Source of the DNA: Octopus sinensis
Taxonomy: Eukaryota
Assembly: GCF_006345805.1 (NCBI RefSeq)
Contig: NW_021828103.1
Span: forward strand, 1 to 35,439
Direction: 5' to 3'
Length of the DNA: 35,439 bases
The notes below the pieces were generated by a model, which saw only the letters and a list, made by a program, of their open reading frames with translations, ran no database searches and was not told the origin of the DNA. Shown in pieces: positions 1 through 11,380 of the stretch; the stretch's first letter is position 1, and the number at the start of each line of letters is the position of its first letter. The position numbers and the translations under genes were made by a program.

Positions 1-9
1 TATATATAT

Positions 10-44
<35 letters not shown>

Positions 45-56
45 TGTATATATACT

Positions 57-953
57 GATAGGTCTGTAGTCTTGGCCTCCGCTCTGCTACCTCCTTTATG
101 AATGGGGCATATTTTACCTTCCTTCAGTTTTCTTGGAAGTTTGCCAGCTGCAAGGAAGCTCTGAAAGAGGAACTGCAGTGGTCTTGCTAGGACTCTCTTA
201 CATGCTTTTAAGAGGATTGCCGGGAATCCATCGGGGCCAGTAGCTGAGTCTCTTTTCACTTCATCTATAGCCTTTATTACATCGTCTTCCTTTATATCGA
301 TGTAGTCTATCGTCGCCGCCTCTGATTTTATATCTGCAGTGGTAAAGAAGTCAGTTGGATTGGTGATTTGGAGCTGCCCAAGGGGTGGAGTGGAAACACT
401 CGTGAATTGCTCATTCAGTATTTCACTTACCCTCATTGGTTTTCCTGTGAGTGTGCCATCCATTTCAAGGAGTGGCCCTATTCTACAGTGCGCCGTAGCT
501 GTTTCTTTGGCATACCTGTAGAAAGCTCTGGGATTAGATTTTATGTTGTCTATACCCAGGCTTCTTTGTCTGCTCTTTCCTTTTCATGGGAGAGTTGCAG
601 ACATTTTTCAATTTCCAACAGTTTTATTTTTAGGCGGGACTTTTCACTGCTTTCAATCGGTTTCTTTAGGCGATTTGAAATTTTTGTACCCCGTCTCATT
701 AAAATGTTCCTCTCTCTGGGGATTTTGTTCTTGTGTACAGTGGGCTTTCTCTCTGGGACACATTTGTAGCATATGGCTTGCATTACAGACATGAATTGTT
801 GAAGTTTCACGTCGATGTCTGGCGAGGAGAGACATTTAGGCCAGTTTTGTTTGAGGATCTCTTTATCAATTTGTTTCCAATTTGCCTTATGGTAGTTCAA
901 GCTGGAAAGTTTCTGAGGGTTTCTTGTAGGCTGCATGTCCGTGCTCTCTTTGA
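57..953 (-). mobile_element. CR1-like LINE fragment (linker after the APE domain through the start of RT), truncated at both ends
   Basis: Minus-strand translation includes [49 protein letters not shown] and CPIHKGGSRAEAK-YRPI. It is homologous to 33900-34800 and nearly identical to 21805-22192. Both ends abut (TA)n. Confidence 0.9.
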
Positions 954-959
954 TATATA

Positions 960-1024
<65 letters not shown>

Positions 1025-1194
1025 CATATACATATATATATCCATATATATATATATATACATATATATACATACATATATATATTATATACATATATAT
1101 ATATACATATATATACATATATATATATATATACATATATATACATATAGATACTATATATATATACATATATATACATATATATATATATATG

Positions 1195-1240
<46 letters not shown>

Positions 1241-1258
1241 CACATGTATATATCTATA

Positions 1259-1292
<34 letters not shown>

Positions 1293-1299
1293 CATATAT

Positions 1300-1333
<34 letters not shown>

Positions 1334-1399
1334 CATATATACATATATATATATACATATATATATATATACATATATATATATACTATATATATATAC

Positions 1400-1486
<87 letters not shown>

Positions 1487-1605
1487 CATATATATATATA
1501 CATATCTATATCTATATATATATACATTATATATATGTACATATATATATATTATATATATGTACATATAATATATATATATATATATATTACATATATA
1601 TATTA

Positions 1606-1637
<32 letters not shown>

Positions 1638-1675
1638 CATATATATATATATACAATATATATATTATATATATA

Positions 1676-1716
<41 letters not shown>

Positions 1717-1719
1717 CAT
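954..1719. repeat. (TA)n/(TATACA)n microsatellite
   Basis: Seen directly. It accounts for the Y/I/M-rich ORF calls. Confidence 0.98.
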
Positions 1720-1807
1720 AGGCAAGGAAAATTGTAAAAATACAGAATGCTCGATTGAAAGAAAATTTTAATGAATTGAGAAAATGAAAAAATATATTAA
1801 TATATAT

Positions 1808-1851
1808 CTATTCAAACCGGTTTTCGTCATAGTTTGACTCATCAAGAATAG
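1808..1851 (-). ncRNA. Minimal type I hammerhead ribozyme, C3U core variant
   Basis: Minus strand reads CTATTC-TTGATGA-GTC(AAACTAT)GAC-GAAA-ACCGGT-T-T-GAATAG: 6-bp stem I, 3-bp stem II, palindromic stem III AACCGGTT. Confidence 0.7.
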
Positions 1852-2521
1852 TTAGGTGAAAAGGTTTTTTTAAAAATGAGAAAGGGGAAAAAAAGTTGCA
1901 TTGTTTTTTGCAAAAGAATAATAGTAGTAAATATGTATATAAATTAAAAAATAAGTACTCCGATACATTGTGAGTTCGTTGTGTATCTTGAGTTTAGTGA
2001 TTGTTCATGAAAAAATTACCTTGAGGTATTAGGATCCAATGGGATTAAGGCCTTGTGTTGTTTGGTTTAATTTAGGATGTTGGCAAAACAGGATGTAGTA
2101 GTAATTGTGTTTCTTCAGTTCCTGTGTTGTAAATAAGGGGAGACAACTCTTTTGAGTTCTTCAATAAAAGCTGCTGATAAACACCAAATTATAAAATTGT
2201 CATTTTAGCTTCATTTGCATTATCTTTTTTATATAATTGTTTGTTAATTTAACTTTCAGATTTTAACACTTTATTTATATTATTTTCTAATTATATAAAT
2301 TTGCATAGACAATTGCATTTCAGATTATTATATCATAAATAATAAAGATGATGGTAATAACAACAATAGTAAAAATGATATTTAAAGAGTATAAGTTTTT
2401 GCTTGAAGTGATGAATCTATGGTATCCTTATATATTTGTGTGAGTCCATCCATGAAGAATGAGGTAGAAAAGGGAAGTTTGATCAACGAGGAGTTTGTTA
2501 TTAAGTTGTGTTTGGAATTTT

Positions 2522-4136
2522 TCAATAAAGATTCTCCTTGTTAATTCTCTCCTGTGTGGTGATGCCGTCTTTACATTGGTAGAAGGGGAATATATAGAAT
2601 TTGGGGTTTAAGTCTTTAGCGCATGAGTCTATGTGGCCACTCAGTGGAATTTGTCGGTATTCCGGGAGATTTATTTGTTCTTTATGCACCGCTACTCGTT
2701 TACGTAACGGGAGACTCGTTTGTCCAACATAATTATGTTGGCAACCAGCGAATGTGAGGACGTAGATAAGGTTCTCGGAGGAACAGGAGAAGTTAGTCTT
2801 GATTTTAAACTTCGTACCATGTTTGAAGGTAAATTCAGAACCTTCAAGTAGGAGGGGGCATGTCCCACAGTTTGGGCGTGATTTTTTTACTGCTGGGGGT
2901 GGATGTGGTGTGTGAAGTTTGGCATTTGTCAAGAGTTTTTTTAAAGATTTGTGTTGCCTTTTACATTTGAGGATTTTGTGTGTATTTATAATGTTTTTTC
3001 ATTTTGGGATCTGTTGACAGTAGACTGAGGTTTTGTATGATTGTGGTGTATGCTTCGATATTTTTGGGTGTGGGTGGGAATGTATGGAAGTATTTTGAGG
3101 TTGTGTGTGGTGTTAGGTTGGGTAGTTTTCAGTGTAATGTTATCTAGTTCTTGGGCGCGTTTTATTCCATACTCTATAAGGGTGGAGGGATATTGGCGTT
3201 GTAATAGTGTTTTTTTGAGGTCTTGGAGGCGTATTTCTCGTGTTTTTGGATCCGAGACAATGGTGCATACCCTTTTAGCCAAATTGAAAGGGATATTTTT
3301 CTTGGTGTGTTTTGGGTGGCATGAACTAAAGAGGAGGTATTGTTGTGAGTCTGTGGGTTTGTGGTAGATGTCTGTTATGATTTGGTTTTTAGGTGTTTTT
3401 ATAATTAGATCAAGGAATGGTAGATGATGTTTGCTTAATTTCATAGTGAATTGGATGTTGGGATGTATGTTGTTTAGTATGGTTTTGAATTCCAGGAGTT
3501 TTTCATAAGGTTCTTTCCATATGATGAAACAATCATCCAAATACCTTTTCTAGTTTTCCTTTAGGTAGGTGTGGAAAACATGTCCAAATTTCTGGCGTGA
3601 TATTTCATAGAGTGATAGTTCGCAGAAACCCATTATGAGTTTCGCAAGGACTGGTGCAGCCTTGGTACCCATCGCAATACCACATTTTTGACGGTAGTGT
3701 GTGTCGTCGAAGAGAAAAAAATTGTTGGTCAGAATGAACTTGAGAGATTCTGTAATAAAAGTCTTGTTAATGCGGTGAGGGAATGTCTCTGGGTGTTTTT
3801 CTAGCCAGAAGTCAATTGCCTCTATACCATATTCATGTGGGATGTTGGTGTAGAGGTTGATGACATCAAAAGATACCAGGAGCGCCTCCTCGTTAACTGT
3901 TTTCGGGAGGTGTTTGAGCATGTCCAGATCATCCCTAATGAAACTTTTGATGTGGGTAAGGAAAGTTTTCAAAAGGATGTCTAGGAAATTACTCAGGCGG
4001 TGTGTTTCACAGGAGGTGCCAGCCACGATGGGCCTTAGTTTTAGGTCCTCCAGTGCTTTGATGTTGATGTGGATGTCAGTGGAGAGTTTACAGGCTTCGG
4101 TGATGTATTTGTTTTTATGGATTTTAGGAAGGCCAT
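2522..4136 (-). pseudogene. Disrupted PLE RT/GIY-YIG ORF
   Basis: ORF-track pieces 3550-4026, 2986-3540 and 2522-2932 join across a TAG at 3550-3552 (KEN*KRYLDD, expected W) and frameshifts. Confidence 0.88.
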
Positions 4137-4236
4137 CGGTTTGAATAGATATATATTTATATATTTTTTCATTTTCTCAATTCATTAAAATTTTCTTTCA
4201 ATCGAGCATTCTGCATTTTTACAATTTTTCCTTGCT
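4137..4236 (+). repeat. Inverted copy of the same PLE's 3' terminal ~100 bp
   Basis: Reverse complement of about 1721-1819 with a few substitutions, joined directly to the truncated RT. Confidence 0.9.
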
Positions 4237-4291
4237 TATCATTTCTCCATGTGCGGTCAACACACCCCACCATTTATTGATCTATATATAC

Positions 4292-4350
<59 letters not shown>

Positions 4351-4361
4351 CATATATATAC

Positions 4362-4394
<33 letters not shown>

Positions 4395-4662
4395 GCAATT
4401 AAGGACAACTACTTAATAAGGAAAACTTAACAAGAAATTGTCAGGTAGATAGCGTGAAAACCTCATAAGAGAATAATTTCGAAAAAATATTATTTCTTAT
4501 TGAACATATTAATTTATATATAGAGGGCATTATACATACATGCCAGAGAGCATTATACATACATGCCACACGCTAAGAGGGACAAATAGTCATTTCTACA
4601 CAAAAATATCTACTATACCCACCGAATGCAATTTTTCAAAGTAAGACATTTAAAAAATATAG

Positions 4663-4706
4663 ACCTGTATCACAGTGATTTCATACTTACGTATTCATCA
4701 GCAGGC
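4663..4706 (-). ncRNA. Minimal type I hammerhead ribozyme (array copy 1)
   Basis: GCCTG-CTGATGA-ATAC(GTAA)GTAT-GAAA-TCACTGTGA-T-A-CAGGT: intact core, GNRA-capped stem II, AUA cleavage triplet. Confidence 0.88.
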
Positions 4707-5161
4707 CTGAATGTATCATAAATAAACGACCCCGCCTCGCTTAAGCCGATCAGCTAACTGATCAACATCAATGAAACACATGGGTGAGTTTACATATATT
4801 ACATCCTGTAAATGGCATATTTTTACGAATTGCATTTCGGGAAAGGAAAAGTTTTTTCGGAATAAAAATTTAGCAATTAAGGACAACTACTTAATAAGGA
4901 AAACTTAACAAGAAATTGTCAGGTAGATAGCGTGAAAACCTCATAAGAGAATAAATTTCGAAAATAATTATTTCTTATTGAACATATTAATTTATATATA
5001 GAGGGCATTATACATACATGCCAGAGAGCATTATACATACATGCCAGAGAGCATTATACATACATGCCACACGCTAAGAGGGGCAAATAGTCATTTCTAC
5101 CAAAAATATTACTAATCCCACCGAATACAATTTTTCAAAGTAAGACATTTAAAAAATATAG

Positions 5162-5205
5162 ACCAGTATCACAGTGATTTCATACTTACGTATTCATCAG
5201 CAGGC
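5162..5205 (-). ncRNA. Minimal type I hammerhead ribozyme (array copy 2, one stem I mismatch)
   Basis: Same core as copy 1. The 3' strand of stem I reads CTGGT instead of CAGGT. Confidence 0.82.
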
Positions 5206-5633
5206 CTGAATGTTTCATAAATAAACGACCCCGCCTCGCTTAAGCCGATCAGCTAACTGATCAACATCAACGAAGCACATGGGTGAGTTTACATATATTA
5301 ACATCCTGTAAATGGCATATTTTTACGAATTGGCATTTCGGGAAGGAAATTTTTTCGGAATAAAAATTTAGCAATTAAGGACAACTATTAATAAGGAAAA
5401 CTTAACAAGAATTGTCAGGTAGATAGCGTGAAAACCTCATAAGAGAATAAATTTCGAAAATAATTATTTCTTATTGAACATATTAATTTATATATAGAGG
5501 GCATTATACATACATGCCAGGAGCATTATACATACATGCCACACGCTAAGAGGGACAAATAGTCATTTCTACCAAAAATATTACTAATCCCACCGAATGC
5601 AATTTTTCAAAGTAAGACATTTAAAAAATATAG

Positions 5634-5677
5634 ACCTGTATCACAGTGATTTCATACTTACGTATTCATCAGCAGGC
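5634..5677 (-). ncRNA. Minimal type I hammerhead ribozyme (array copy 3)
   Basis: Identical to copy 1 across core and stems. Confidence 0.88.
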
Positions 5678-5875
5678 CTGAATGTATCATAAATAAACGA
5701 CCCTGCCCCGCTTAAGCCGATCAGCTAACTGATCAACATCAACGAAGCACATGGGTGAGTTTACATATATTACATCCTGTAAATGGCATACTCTTACGAA
5801 TTGCATTTCGGGAAAGGAATGTTCAATAAGAAATAATTATTTTCGAAATTTATTCTCTTATGAGGTTTTCACGCT

Positions 5876-6862
5876 TGCAACACCTATCTGTGTTCGGTTT
5901 GTCCTTACACAGAGGCCATTCGGATTCCCGTTTGCGCCGTGAACAGGAATTAATCTTCTCTCTTCGCTCTTATTTGGTCTCAACTCTCCCCCCTCCTCAT
6001 CTAACCCCCCTCTCCTCACTCCTCACCTCTCCTCCCCCCCGACCCTTACTTCTTCAGTCCTTCATCCTTTCACCCCTACTCCCCTTCCCTTCTTCCCTCT
6101 TTCTCCCTCCCTCCTTCCCTCTTCCCCTTCCTCTGCTCCCTCATCCCCTTCTCTCCTCTCTCTCTCCCTCTTTTTCCTCCTTCCTCCCCCTCCTCTCCTC
6201 TCCCCTCTCTCTCTCCCCTCTCCCCTCGGGCTCTCCTCTTCCCACCTCCTCCCCTCCCCTTCTTCTCCTCTCTCCACACTACACCGCACGACTTTACACA
6301 TCACATCATATATGATGTGCCATACTAATACATACACCAACTAATACATACTAATACGTACTAATACATACTAATACATACTAATACATACTAATACATA
6401 CACCAACCCTATACATACACCCGTCCAGACCTCTCATACGCACTTATACTCTCTCATACACACACACACACACTTATACATACTAATACGTACTAATACA
6501 TACTAATACATATACCAACCCCATACATACGCACGTCCAGACCTCTCCTACGCACTAATAGCTGGTCATTCAACCCTATTATCAACCCTATTATCTCCCC
6601 TTATTTCGCTCTCGCGTCTCATGTTTGATCTTTGACCTCTGGCCGAAATCAGATCGCCATGTTGATTCGTTAGTTACTGCACGCATTTTTTTCTCTCCTT
6701 CTTTCTGTGTTTTTTTTCTCTCTGTGTATCTTTCTATTGAAGAGCGTAGGCTCGAAACGTTAAAGACTTGTTTTATTTATATTTCCTGAGCGCCATACTA
6801 ATACAATTGTTTGTTTGTTTCCACCTGCCTTCGTCTTTTGTCTATTTTCATAAAGCTTCCCG
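5876..6862 (+). mobile_element. 3' remnant of a Neptune-like PLE: EN C-terminus, CT/CATA-rich tail, HHR-like terminus
   Basis: HLSVFGLSLHRGHSDSRLRREQELIFSL...GLNS aligns by eye with HISVFGL...SRLHLEQRLIFTL...HGLN at about 23010-23120. The terminus (GCTCGAAACGT...TTTCCTGAGCGCC...TTCCCGTT) resembles 26140-26250. Confidence 0.7.
6729..6766 (+). ncRNA. Degenerate/variant hammerhead-like motif
   Basis: TCTTT-CTATTGA-A-GAGC(GTAG)GCTC-GAAA-CG-T-T-AAAGA: all three stems form, but the core differs from CUGANGA at two positions and has an extra A before stem II. Confidence 0.45.
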
Positions 6863-6921
6863 TTATATATATATATATATATATATATTATGTATATATA
6901 TATACATATATATATATATAC

Positions 6922-6952
<31 letters not shown>

Positions 6953-6989
6953 CAATATATATATATATTATATATACATATTATATAAC

Positions 6990-7025
<36 letters not shown>

Positions 7026-7026
<1 letters not shown>

Positions 7027-7357
7027 AAGGGTAAAGACCCCCTTCGGTCAGGCACTGACCATGGGTTTGCACCTAGAGAGATACCCTCTGAGGCACAAGT
7101 TGGGCAAGGTTGTTTTATGGAAGACCAGCAGTCGCCCATGCATACCGGCCTCCCCTCTCCACGTCACCGATGTTGTCCAAGGGAAAGGCAAGGGCCGATA
7201 CAGCTTGGCACCTGCGACGTCGCAACTCATTCTACAGCTGAGTGAACTGGAGCAACGTGAAATAAAGTGCCTTGCTCAAGAACACAACACGCAGGCCCGT
7301 CCGGGATTCGAGCTCACAACCTCACGATCGTAAGCTCGACGCTCTAACCACTGAGCC

Positions 7358-7358
<1 letters not shown>
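7026..7358 (-). mobile_element. tRNA-derived SINE with CORE-like central domain (resembles octopus OR2-type SINEs)
   Basis: A box TGGCTCAGTGG and B box-like GAGCTCGAATCCC, then GTGTTGTGTTCTTGAGCAAGGCACTTTA (CORE-like). Flanked by (TA)n. The family name is recalled, not searched. Confidence 0.85.
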
Positions 7359-7388
<30 letters not shown>

Positions 7389-7449
7389 ATATATATAATA
7401 CATATATATATATAATATATATATATACATATATATATATATAATTGAA

Positions 7450-7485
7450 CACGATCGTAAGTTCGACGCTCTAACCACTGAGCCA
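7450..7485 (-). repeat. Isolated second copy of the SINE 5' head
   Basis: TGGCTCAGTGGTTAGAGCGTCGAACTTACGATCGTG differs from the head at 7323-7358 by one substitution. Embedded in (TA)n. Confidence 0.85.
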
Positions 7486-7487
7486 TA

Positions 7488-7518
<31 letters not shown>

Positions 7519-7650
7519 TATATATATACAATATAATATATACATATATATATATATTACATATATATATATACATATATATATATACAATATATATAAT
7601 ATTATATACATATATATATATATATACATATATTATATATATATATATGC

Positions 7651-7700
<50 letters not shown>

Positions 7701-7965
7701 GCATATATATATATACATATATATATATATACATATATATATATAAATATATATATTATGTGAAATAGAAAGATGAATAATCTGTAGTAGATTAATCAAA
7801 AGTTTAACCGATACCTTAGTAGCAAAAATCACAGCAGTAAACAGCACGGTTGGAGGTACAACCATCTGGCGTTGCAACCGTGCGTTGGTGCGGATAATTG
7901 AAATTAAAACATTATTGGTGAATTGAAGAAATGGAGCTGAACGCAGATTGAACAGAATCGTTTTA

Positions 7966-8057
7966 TTTCATTCTACACGTGTTTTTCGAAAGGCACAAAT
8001 TACCAAAATCCGATTGAATAATGGGACCATATTGTGTCTTTCTCTTCAGGAAGAAAA
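7966..8057 (-). ncRNA. Type I hammerhead ribozyme with long stem II (unit A)
   Basis: Same as 19132-19220 but with two extra A after GAAA, possibly a homopolymer error. Confidence 0.7.
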
Positions 8058-8659
8058 AAAAAGGAAATCCGTTGGAAAAACAAAACAGAACAGAGGCGGA
8101 GCAAAAAACAAATCGAACTGTGCTCCTAAGAGCCCATGGCGAAACTGTTTATCATTGTATGTTGAGAACCCGTGGGCTGAAGAATCACGTCAGGTGCATC
8201 GGTCAATCATGTGGGTGAGGGTGTATAGATGTTCTTTGTGACCGAGAATAAAGTTCTGACTATTTAAGGAATATTGGATGTTTTATGAGGGGCGAGAAAA
8301 ATCTACTTAGAGACGTGGTGTGTTGTATATTTTTCTATATATGTGTGTGTTGGCGTAGGGGGTAAAAAACATTTTTTGTGTACGTGTGTGCGTTTGATCG
8401 TTCGGCTGTCAGTGGCTACTGCTGTGATAACCGTTGGGTGGCAGAAAGAAAAATTTTTTTTTAAATATATATATATTATGTTTTATGTGTGTGTGTGTTC
8501 ATCTAAGCCTGCCTTGTCAAGGAAACCCCCCGCTGTGAAAAAACCAAGCCCCGTTTGTCTTACAGGAGTAATTCCCCTTGCAGTGGTTAATCGTAGATAT
8601 CTTAAAGGCTATTTCAGAATTTGTTACCAAGGGCTATGGGTGCCGTATTATTATAAACG

Positions 8660-11343
8660 CTATTTAAAGGCCAGATAAGTGTAACGCCGCCAATGGGGGC
8701 ATCGAAAAGCCGACTGTAAGAGCCCGTCACCATCCGCCCTCTGGCGCAAACAAAATATGGAAGAGTTCGGAGACACAAAGGTTGCACTGTCTTCTGCCCT
8801 GCTATCAAATGGGAGGGCCACCGACAAAATTGACCATTCCAGCCTATAGCTTAAGTTCGCATCCTTCAGTCGCCATATTAGCTTACTGAGTCCCGTGGTC
8901 TGGCGCTTGTTCACGTCCCGAAAAGTTGCGTAATGGTTGGAGACACGCAAAGACAATCTTGAGGATGATGCCCCTACATAAGTGAAGGCACTGAGTCCGT
9001 GTAAACCTTGCATTGGTAGACGGCGTTTTTGATCTTGGAGTTCGCCGACGTGAATCTTAATCTGCTAGGATTAGTTTCTGAAATTAGAACTGCGTTCCTG
9101 TCACTATATTCGTTCCGAGACCTGCAGCCGCTTACTACTCTATTTTCCACTACGTCACTATTAACTATAGGAATACCCCCTGATTCTCCACTATCTATCA
9201 GAGTGCTGTCATTGCTACTGCCCGTGGTACTGCTATTGCGGGAAATGATGCTGGGGATGCTAATGGGGCTCTCTACCCTACTCCCATTGTTACCGTCAAC
9301 CACAACACCCCTATTTATAACTATACCCCTAGTGGGTACTCCCTGGCTGGAGCTGAGATTATGTGTCGTACTGGCTCTCATATCATTATTACTACTATAA
9401 TTATTCCTACTGAGCATTAAACCGGGAGCGGAAGAGGCTGTGCCTCCGGAAAAGGTGATAGGGTCTTAGTAAGTAGCCTATTATTGTGGAGGCGATTATC
9501 TGGGCGAGGTTTTTAGTGTTGGAGAAAGCTATCCTAACTTTATGTGAGTTAACCGTGGAGTAATATTTGGAATTTCTGGGGAAGTTATTGGCGATGGCTT
9601 GTCTAAACATGAGGGGGGAGGTTAGTTCTAATCTGCTTACCAAAGGGGATTACAAACCATATATGCTTATTCCTATCAGTGTGATGGGTCGGGACGCCAG
9701 CTCTCGCATTCGGGTGGGTGATTCTCGGATGAATAACGGTCTTGGGTTAGTGTAGACCTCCCGGACCGATAATTATCCTTGTTCGCTAATTAAATGCGGG
9801 AGCGACTACCCCGCATCCGCCGCGCTCCCGTCCTTACTTAAATGTTAATGTTATTATATACGGCCCTATCCTGATGACCGAATGATGGCATCGGAAGGGC
9901 CGATCAATATAAATTACCTTCTGCCTATAACCGGCCTTGGATAGTGCGGCGTTATAAAATTCCGCTTTCTGCATAAAAATATCGGCACTGGCGGACAAGC
10001 CAGACAATCTTAGAGAGATGTTTTTAACCAAATTGTCTGTTACGGTTTTGGCATGATTTGAGAAGACACTGACATACTTCAAATTAGTGGAAGGCTTATG
10101 GTAAGGGCAGTATGAGTCGCTATTAAGGTTAAGTGTAACGTCTAGGAAATTAGCCTTGGTGAGTTCATTATCAAAAACTATACTCATGCCCATTCTATTA
10201 AAAAACCTAGCTAACCTGCTCTTAGTTTCTGCACTATTCTGTTCGTGGTGTTTTGCAGGTAAAACAGACAATCGTCACGATACAGGCCGCCCGCGATCTC
10301 CGGGAATTGGTCGGACAATTCGTAGAGAAAATATATTCCGACCAAATCGGCTATCTGCGCACTATCCGAACTACCCATAGGCACATCAAATTCATTGGGA
10401 GTATCTTTACGGATCCACAACTTATTATCAAACTTAATAAACGATTTCCTGGCAACTAAAATGATATCTATCTCTTCTCTGGTGAGGCCGGCCTTGTTGT
10501 GAGCATGCCAGAGGGCCTTTTTAGCACACTAGGGTTAATCGAGGGGTAGAAGCTGGCGATATCAAACTGAATGAACCTAGTACGGTTCTTATTGGGGATG
10601 GAAGAGAACCACTTCACTACCTGCGAGGAGTTGGCCCAGAGGCTGAGCTTCAGCTTGTTTACTAAACTAGGGATATATTATCTAAAATGTACTTACTGAT
10701 TATCCCGATATCAGATCTAGCAGGGCATATGAGTCTTAGAGCTGGGTTGGTGTGGAAGTTAGGTTTATGTCCTTCACTATAAATCTGGGTTGCTTGGGCT
10801 AAGCGGCTGAGTTCTCATTTGAATTCGGTGTTTAAATATTATATCCTTAATTTCCAAGTTTACCTTCCTCAGGGTACTCCAATTGGTTTTTTCTATAATT
10901 TTTCTTGATCTCTTTACCGAGTAAATCTAGGTACTGCTTAATGGGCATCTTGTATGTGTTCCTGGTCTTGTCGGACTGGACCAGGACTCCGTCCGTTCTA
11001 TTAATGTCCTTGGTAATTTTATCTAGGTATCTGAGGTGGGCATTTCTCCTGGGTGACTTCCTGAACTTAATCTTTCTAACTATGTCCCACAAGTCGTCCT
11101 CAAACTTCTTCAGTCTTGGGTTCGGTGGCGGCGTATCCAATGTTTTAAAAAGCCGGCCGTATTCGGACGATGCTGTTGTCCGGTTCGATTTTAGATCTTC
11201 GTTCTCGTGGAAGAAAATGAGCCATCTTATCCGGTTATGAATGCGTTGGTTTTACAAACCAACTCCTTAAGGAAGGCATCCTTTGGTGGTATAGGAATAT
11301 CCTTAAGGGACGCATCAATCTCGAACAACTCCATTATTGGCAT
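8660..11343 (-). CDS. PLE polyprotein, RT plus GIY-YIG endonuclease (~890 aa in consensus; frameshifted as assembled)
   Basis: Starts MPIMELFEIDASLKDIPIPPKDAFLKELVCK. Motifs SDKTRN, QFDIASFYPSI, VPMGSSDSAQIADLVG, LYRDDCL, NFLDVTLNL, HIWFVIPF, NAVYQC...TYVGASS...RVSNH, LSKLIWRLK, CNLCVSE. Confidence 0.85.
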
Positions 11344-11380
11344 CGGTTAAAGTAGCAGTTTCTTGACGAAGCGGTATGTA

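Larger units (their letters stand above)
1720..4136 (-). mobile_element. 5'-truncated Penelope-like element (RT plus C-terminal GIY-YIG, Neptune-like) with an ~800-bp 3' pseudo-LTR region
   Basis: RT motifs GLPKIHK, SFDVINLYTNIP, GIAMGTKAAP, RYLDDCFIIW, LPFLDL and YHKPTDSQQYL. EN motifs CGTC...CSSENLIYVL...YVGQT...RVAVH...GH. HHR in the 3' region. Confidence 0.92.
4393..5875 (-). repeat. Tandem array of a ~480-bp non-coding unit (about 3 copies) plus a 57-bp inverted fragment; retrozyme-like
   Basis: Units start with TAGCAATTAAGGAC at 4393, 4871 and 5369. An internal 23-bp minisatellite occurs 2x/3x/2x. 5819-5875 is the reverse complement of part of the unit. One HHR per unit. Confidence 0.9.
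7756..11380 (-). mobile_element. Hydra-clade-like PLE, complete unit A (3625-bp period)
   Basis: TTATGTGAAATAGAA recurs at 7756 and 11381. Contains the whole RT-EN ORF and a ~950-bp pseudo-LTR with an HHR. The left end abuts (TA)n. Confidence 0.93.

Noticed and set aside
7305-7358. Functional tRNA gene
   Set aside because: The anticodon stem does not pair, the acceptor stem is missing and the sequence runs into a SINE body.
9029-9400. Hydrophobic antisense ORF (also 12643-13084)
   Set aside because: It is the antisense shadow of the Ser/Asn-rich PLE linker, breaks differently among copies and has no independent motif.
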